A stretch of 64,000 nt of DNA from Saprolegnia diclina VS20 (lineage: Eukaryota): positions 1 through 64,000 of the forward strand of contig NW_008246219.1 in assembly GCF_000281045.1 (NCBI RefSeq), read 5' to 3'. The notes under the pieces are model-generated. The model saw nothing but the letters and a program-made list of their open reading frames with translations. It was not told the origin of the DNA and did not search any database. Numbering within the stretch: the first letter of the stretch is position 1; each line of letters opens with the position of its first letter. Made by a program: the position numbers and the translations under genes. Of the stretch, positions 59,101 through 64,000 are shown one piece after another.

Positions 59101-60150
59101 GTTCATGGCGATTGCATTCCTCTTTTGGCTCGGCGGCGTCTTGATCACACGCGAGAACTCGGACACGACGTTTGAAGACATGTTTATGGTCATGATGGCC
59201 ATCATGCTGAGCTCGTTTGGCGTCGGTATGGCGGCACAGAACATGACGGACGCGGCCAAGGCCAAGGCGGCGGCTGCAAGCCTCTTTGAGACTGTCGACC
59301 GCGTCCCACCCATCGACTGTGCGAGCGAGACTGGCGCGACATTGCCGACCGTCCGCGGCGAGATTGAGCTCCGGAACGTCCACTTCAGCTACCCGTCGCG
59401 CCCCAACGCCCCGATTTATACCAACTACAACTTGGTCATTCCAAGCGGAGCGACAGTCGCGCTCGTGGGCGCGAGCGGCTGCGGCAAGAGCACGGCGATT
59501 GGGTTGATTGAGCGGTTTTACGACCCGAGCGCCGGCGCCGTGTACCTCGACGGCGTCGACATTAAGAGCCTCAACGTCAAGTGGCTGCGCCAGCACATTT
59601 CGCTTGTCGGCCAAGAACCCGTCTTGTTTGCGGGCACGATCGCCGACAACATTGCGTCCGGCAAGGACGGCGCGACGCGCGAGGATGTGGTGCAAGCCGC
59701 AACGATGGCCAACGCCCACGACTTTATCTTGCAGTTTCCCGATGGCTACGAGACCCAAGTTGGCGACCGCGGTGTGCAGGTACTTCACCGCTAAGTAGCG
59801 AGCAGCGAAGACTTATGTGGGTGTAGGTCTCGGGCGGTCAGAAGCAGCGCATCGCGATTGCCCGTGCGATTCTGCGGGACCCCGAGGTGCTGCTGCTGGA
59901 TGAAGCCACGTCGGCGCTCGACAATGAGAGCGAGCGCATCGTGCAAGCGTCGCTCGACAAGCTGCTGCAGCTCAAGAAACGGACGACGATCATTGTGGCC
60001 CACCGGCTGACGACGATCCAGAACGCCGACATCATTGCAGTCGCGAGCAACGGCGTGATTGCCGAGAAGGGCACGCACCACGAACTCATGAAGATTCCCA
60101 ACGGTCTCTACGCCGCACTCGTGTCGCGCCAGATGCAGCAGCCGTCCTAA
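56179..60150 (+). CDS. Full-length ABCB (MDR/P-glycoprotein-like) ABC transporter
   Basis: TMD-NBD-TMD-NBD; Walker A GPSGSGKS and GASGCGKS; signatures LSGGQ and [16 protein letters not shown] twice; AHRL twice. Introns 57796-57874 and 59780-59826. Confidence 0.95.
57799..57841 (+). repeat. Intronic microsatellite-like (TnGCA)x4
   Basis: ttgca-ttttttgca-tttttgca-ttttttgca-ttttt within ABCB intron 1. Confidence 0.7.
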
Positions 60151-60390
60151 GTGCGCTCATTTGGAGTCTAAAACACAAAATACATGGTAGTGCATGCCCA
60201 GGATGGGTCGTGACGGCGAGAGGTCACTGGCAGAGATGGCGTGACAGAGTTGACCCATGCATAGCGTAGCGACGGTGGCGGCATTGCTCCGGTGTCGAGG
60301 TCTCGGACTCTACTGTGTCTGCGTGGGTTGGAACCCGGCACATCGACTAGCCCGCTAAACGATACTACTGTGTGGTCACTTGTGGACGAC

Positions 60391-60424
60391 TAAGATTAGG
60401 GCTAGGGTAAGATTAGGGTTAGGG
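60391..60424 (+). repeat. Interstitial telomere-like repeat
   Basis: taagattagggctaggg-taagattagggttaggg: two 17-nt units with 3 TTAGGG and 1 CTAGGG. Confidence 0.65.
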
Positions 60425-61929
60425 TACAGAACGCTAGTTGCCTGTTGCGTGCCAAGGCTTAGTAGTGCATGAGAAATCAACCGGTACTCGACTACACTCT
60501 GTACAGGGTGCATCCTAGCTAGTCTTGGACTGTACGACCATGTACCATACTCAAAGTGTCCAGACGAAGAGATTGAAAGAGGCAGAGTGCAAGCATTCTT
60601 TTAGTGTCAACTAAAGTCGGCAAAGAAGGCAGCGTCCTTGGTGTGCACGCGGGAGACGATGGTTGGCGTTGTCGTTGGCACGGATGGCGTCGCGCGGTGT
60701 CGGAGGGAGACGACCGAAGTTGGCGCCGGTGCCAAGGGCGAGACGCCCTTGAGAAGACGCGCGACAAAGTGTACTCGTGGCTGTGGCATGCTTTCCAGTG
60801 CGCTCGTCCGGATTCTGCGACCAGAAACACAAACGACCCACTGGTGCGCACGAGGCCAAACCCAGAGTGAGCTCCTGCTGCGGCAAAACCGGTGACGTGG
60901 CGCCTTGCAGAAGCGCCCTTGTCGTAATTTGGTCCAATCACAAAGCCACAACGTTAAACGCAGCGATAAAACCCAACCAATCCCAACGCGAGCACATCCG
61001 AGGTTTCGAGATTCGAAGGTTGTCTCTGAAAATGGACCAACGCCCTGGTACCTTCTGCATCTTTCTGTTGATTCTGTTGCTAGAACTGTGGGTAGAACAT
61101 TCTCGGATCGATTTGCACATCACAAACATCCACTCTATTTCAAGGTAATGCATGGCGCTTGGAGCGTGCTCATAGGAGCTTTCAGTTAATCGAAGAAAAG
61201 GTGGGACGTGGTTGTCTCGGCTGTTTCTTCTTCCTCCCTTCTCCTGGACCTTGTGCATCGTGTAACATGTAGCAGCGTGCGGTATAAAATCTGGCTCACC
61301 TCGCCCTGCTACCACAGCTACCGCGCCCCTCAACACCCTCGACGATGCGGCATCGTGGGTGGACGTCCTTCAATGGTTGCTGTGTGCCCAGTGGCGTGCG
61401 TGGACAAGTTGCTGAGTGTCGAAGGACCTGCCTTGTCGCAGCTACGCGCGTCTTGCGCACGTCCAGGTACCGAGAACGAGCCAATCGTCGCTTGTCGTAG
61501 CGATGGACCAACGCATGCTGGCGTCGGCGTTTGCTTGGCTATTTGTTTCTTCGAGGCGGAGATCTCGCATAAGCTTTCCGGCTGGTGTCGTCGGTGCGGC
61601 TGGTTATGCGCATCCCGGATGGAATACCAGCTAGGATCGAAGCTCTCTTGCCTGCTTGTGGGCAGAAGTAGTCGTGGCTTGGGACCTGCGGGCGGATAGC
61701 ATTGACTGGGAAGCGGCAGCACGAGACCCATTCTTCTTGGCGAAGGAAAGTGTATATACGAGCGTTTGAGCAGTAACTGTCAGAGGTTTCATCTCACACG
61801 TATGTTTTTATCATTTTGAAACCGGCTAGTCCCGTGAAACATGAAGATGCCGTGGTTACAAGGCAGCGCAGATGGCGTCGCCGTCGCAAAGAGGCTTCCG
61901 CGCAACGACTATTACCAAGCAGCCGCGCC

Positions 61930-64000
61930 ATGGTCGTCGTGTGCCCCTATACCAGCACGCCGTCGACACTCACGACCGCACGCGCCTACTGCAGCGCGCC
62001 AAGCGCCGCGTGCTCTGTCGACGCCACCTGCACGCGGATCGGCGCCGCCATAGCCGTGACGACAGCAACCCCCGCTTTTCGCAACATCTCGAGCGTCGGT
62101 GATATGACCGAGTGGCCGACCGATGTGCCCTTGTACGCTGCTTCTTGCGCTTGAAACGTAATGACGTACATCGTCGTGACGTAGGCGATTCGACACGTGC
62201 CCTGGCCTGCGCACCGACCACATTAAGCTCCCAACGGCGCTTCAGGACTTGTAGGACCCTTGGTCGAAACCTTACCACTGATAGACTGGTGTAGACGCTT
62301 CCTTGAGTGCGGATGGACAACGGTCCCCGCTGCGTTGGCGTACCCGCCGTCGCTCCGCCAAGTGTACGCGAGTCTTTTGAAAACGACAGCGCGTTGTATC
62401 CTCTAGGATGTGGTAGGCACCTTAGTCGCAATCCGCTGACGGCTGTACCAGCGGGCCTTCCGGCCGCCCTTGATGCGCTGTACGTTTTGAGTTCACTACG
62501 ATGCATCGTCACCGTTTTCCGCCGTAGATATCTCGACGGGTGCCTTCTCACGGCGCTTGAGCAGCTGCCACCGCAGATCGGCTCCTTGTAAGTCGCGACG
62601 ACCTTTGCCATCTCGCTCTCACGCAGTCTAGACATCTCGAGAGCAACCGTCTCTCAACGCTGAGCAACGTGGACTTTGACGTTGCAAACTTGTGGGTCCC
62701 GTCAATTGACTGCATCATGTCGATTTCGCTGGTCCTCTAGGTACCTCGGCGAGCTTCCCGCGGCAAATATTCTCTTCCACGACACTCCTGGCAACCCTAT
62801 CCACACCATTTTCAACGTCACGATTTCAACACGGTTGCGCCTCATGTACGTCCCAATTCTACTCCACTGCGGACACCAAATTCAACACGGAGTGGGCTGT
62901 AGCGACTGTCCGCAGTGCGCCATCACAACGTTTGTCGTCAACGAAGCCGCCTACACCGCGCTGCAAGCCGCCACCTTGTCGTTTGAGAGCATTGCTTTCA
63001 ACGCAACGGCGTGCAACGCTGTACACGGCCGACCTGCCATCTTGCACAAGTGGTCGATCTGTGTCCTGCCTGACCGTATCTCCCTCTCATATATTGTCAT
63101 GTCGTCTCACACTCGCATGCGGTAGCTGACGCAACAACGGACGGGCCATCGACGACCACGATCGTCGAGATCGTCGCGGGGTGCTTTGTGCTTGTCATGG
63201 CGGCAACCTTGCTCTTTGTGTGGCGTCGCCGCCGCCAGCACCGGAACTCGTCGACGGTCGTCTTTGAAGTCTACGACGATTGCGACCTGACGCCCACCTC
63301 CATGTACGAGCCGCGCGAGACGCTCGACTCGTGCTCGCTCATAGTACCCGAGCTCGACACCATCAAGCACCTGCGTCTCGAGGCCAGCGACGTCCTCCTC
63401 CTCGCGCCCATGAGCCAAGGCTCGTACGGCGAGGTGTGGCAAGCCCACTATCAAAAAGACACGATCGCGATCAAGAAACCGATGCCGTCGTTCCTCTCGG
63501 CCACCAACATGCGGCGGATGATTGCCGAGATCTTGCTGCTCTCTCGCCTCTCGTCTCCCTTTGTGGTGACACTCCTTGGCGCGTGCTGGAACCGACCCAT
63601 GGACCTCATGATGGCGATGGAGTACATGGATGGCGGCAACCTCCAAGGCCACTTGGCGCGCCACTGCCAAACCAGCTTGCCCTGGAGCTTCAAGCTCCAA
63701 TGCTTGGTGCAGATTGCCCAGGCCCTCGCTTACCTCCATGCGATACCCGTCGTCCACCGCGATCTCAAATGCAAGAACGTCCTTCTGGATGAGAAAAAGG
63801 GCACCAAACTCGGCGGCTTTAGCATTTCGCGCGAGACGAGCGCGACCATGACCTTGGGCGCCGGCGGACACCGCTGGATGGCGCCCGAAGTGCTTCACGC
63901 CGCCGACTACTCGACGGCCGTCGACATTTTTTCTTTTGGTATAGTTGAATTCGAGTCCTTGTCGGAAATGACGCTTTGACTAGGCATGGTGCTCACCGAG
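61930..64000 (+). CDS. LRR-transmembrane TKL receptor-like (pseudo)kinase 2, cut by the window end
   Basis: Cys cap MVVVCPY..YC..AC..C, LRR exons, TM segment IVAGCFVLVMAATLLFVW-RRRR, QGSYGEV, IAIK, HRDLKCKN, WMAPE, DIFSFG; the DFG position reads GFS. Confidence 0.85.

Noticed and set aside
55999..59788. 707-aa and 552-aa antisense ORFs over ABCB
   Set aside because: Antisense shadows of a highly conserved sense gene.
60519..61731. Overlapping short ORFs between ABCB and kinase 2
   Set aside because: No recognisable motif or consistent exon chain; no transposon hallmarks.
1..64000. CRISPR arrays, rRNA/tRNA genes, prokaryotic operons
   Set aside because: No regular repeat-spacer pattern or recognisable RNA gene by eye; the genes carry spliceosomal introns. 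A tRNAscan-SE/Infernal run would be needed to exclude small RNAs.

Overview
Eukaryotic draft-genome window, most consistent with a Saprolegniales oomycete such as Saprolegnia (inference from GC-rich coding, short ~45-55 nt GT-AG introns, oomycete-type initiator motifs and family content). It is gene-dense, with about 22 genes, 2 likely pseudogenes and 6 N-gaps. In order: an APC amino-acid permease with a decayed inverted paralog, a GDA1/CD39 apyrase, SGF29, two tandem membrane-protein paralogs, a FYVE-SYLF protein, a triple-GAF phosphodiesterase, an unidentified helical protein, four intronless AIFM2/FSP1-like oxidoreductases, an LRR-TM-TKL kinase, a C11orf65/MFI-like IQ protein, an intronless archaemetzincin, four tandem mitochondrial carriers, a conserved hypothetical protein, VPS33, a full ABCB/P-glycoprotein transporter and a second LRR-TM kinase cut by the window edge. 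Most notable: (1) two near-identical FSP1-like genes form ~1.5 kb inverted arms around a 5.8 kb disrupted membrane-protein gene, a possible invertible cassette; (2) both LRR kinases encode one LRR per symmetric phase-2 exon, and one has lost DFG; (3) the archaemetzincin looks fungal-type (HGT candidate); (4) an 8-nt microexon supplies a zinc-ligand Cys of the FYVE finger. No rRNA, tRNA, CRISPR array or recognisable transposase was seen. Exon boundaries were read by eye and family calls rest on motif recognition, not database searches.
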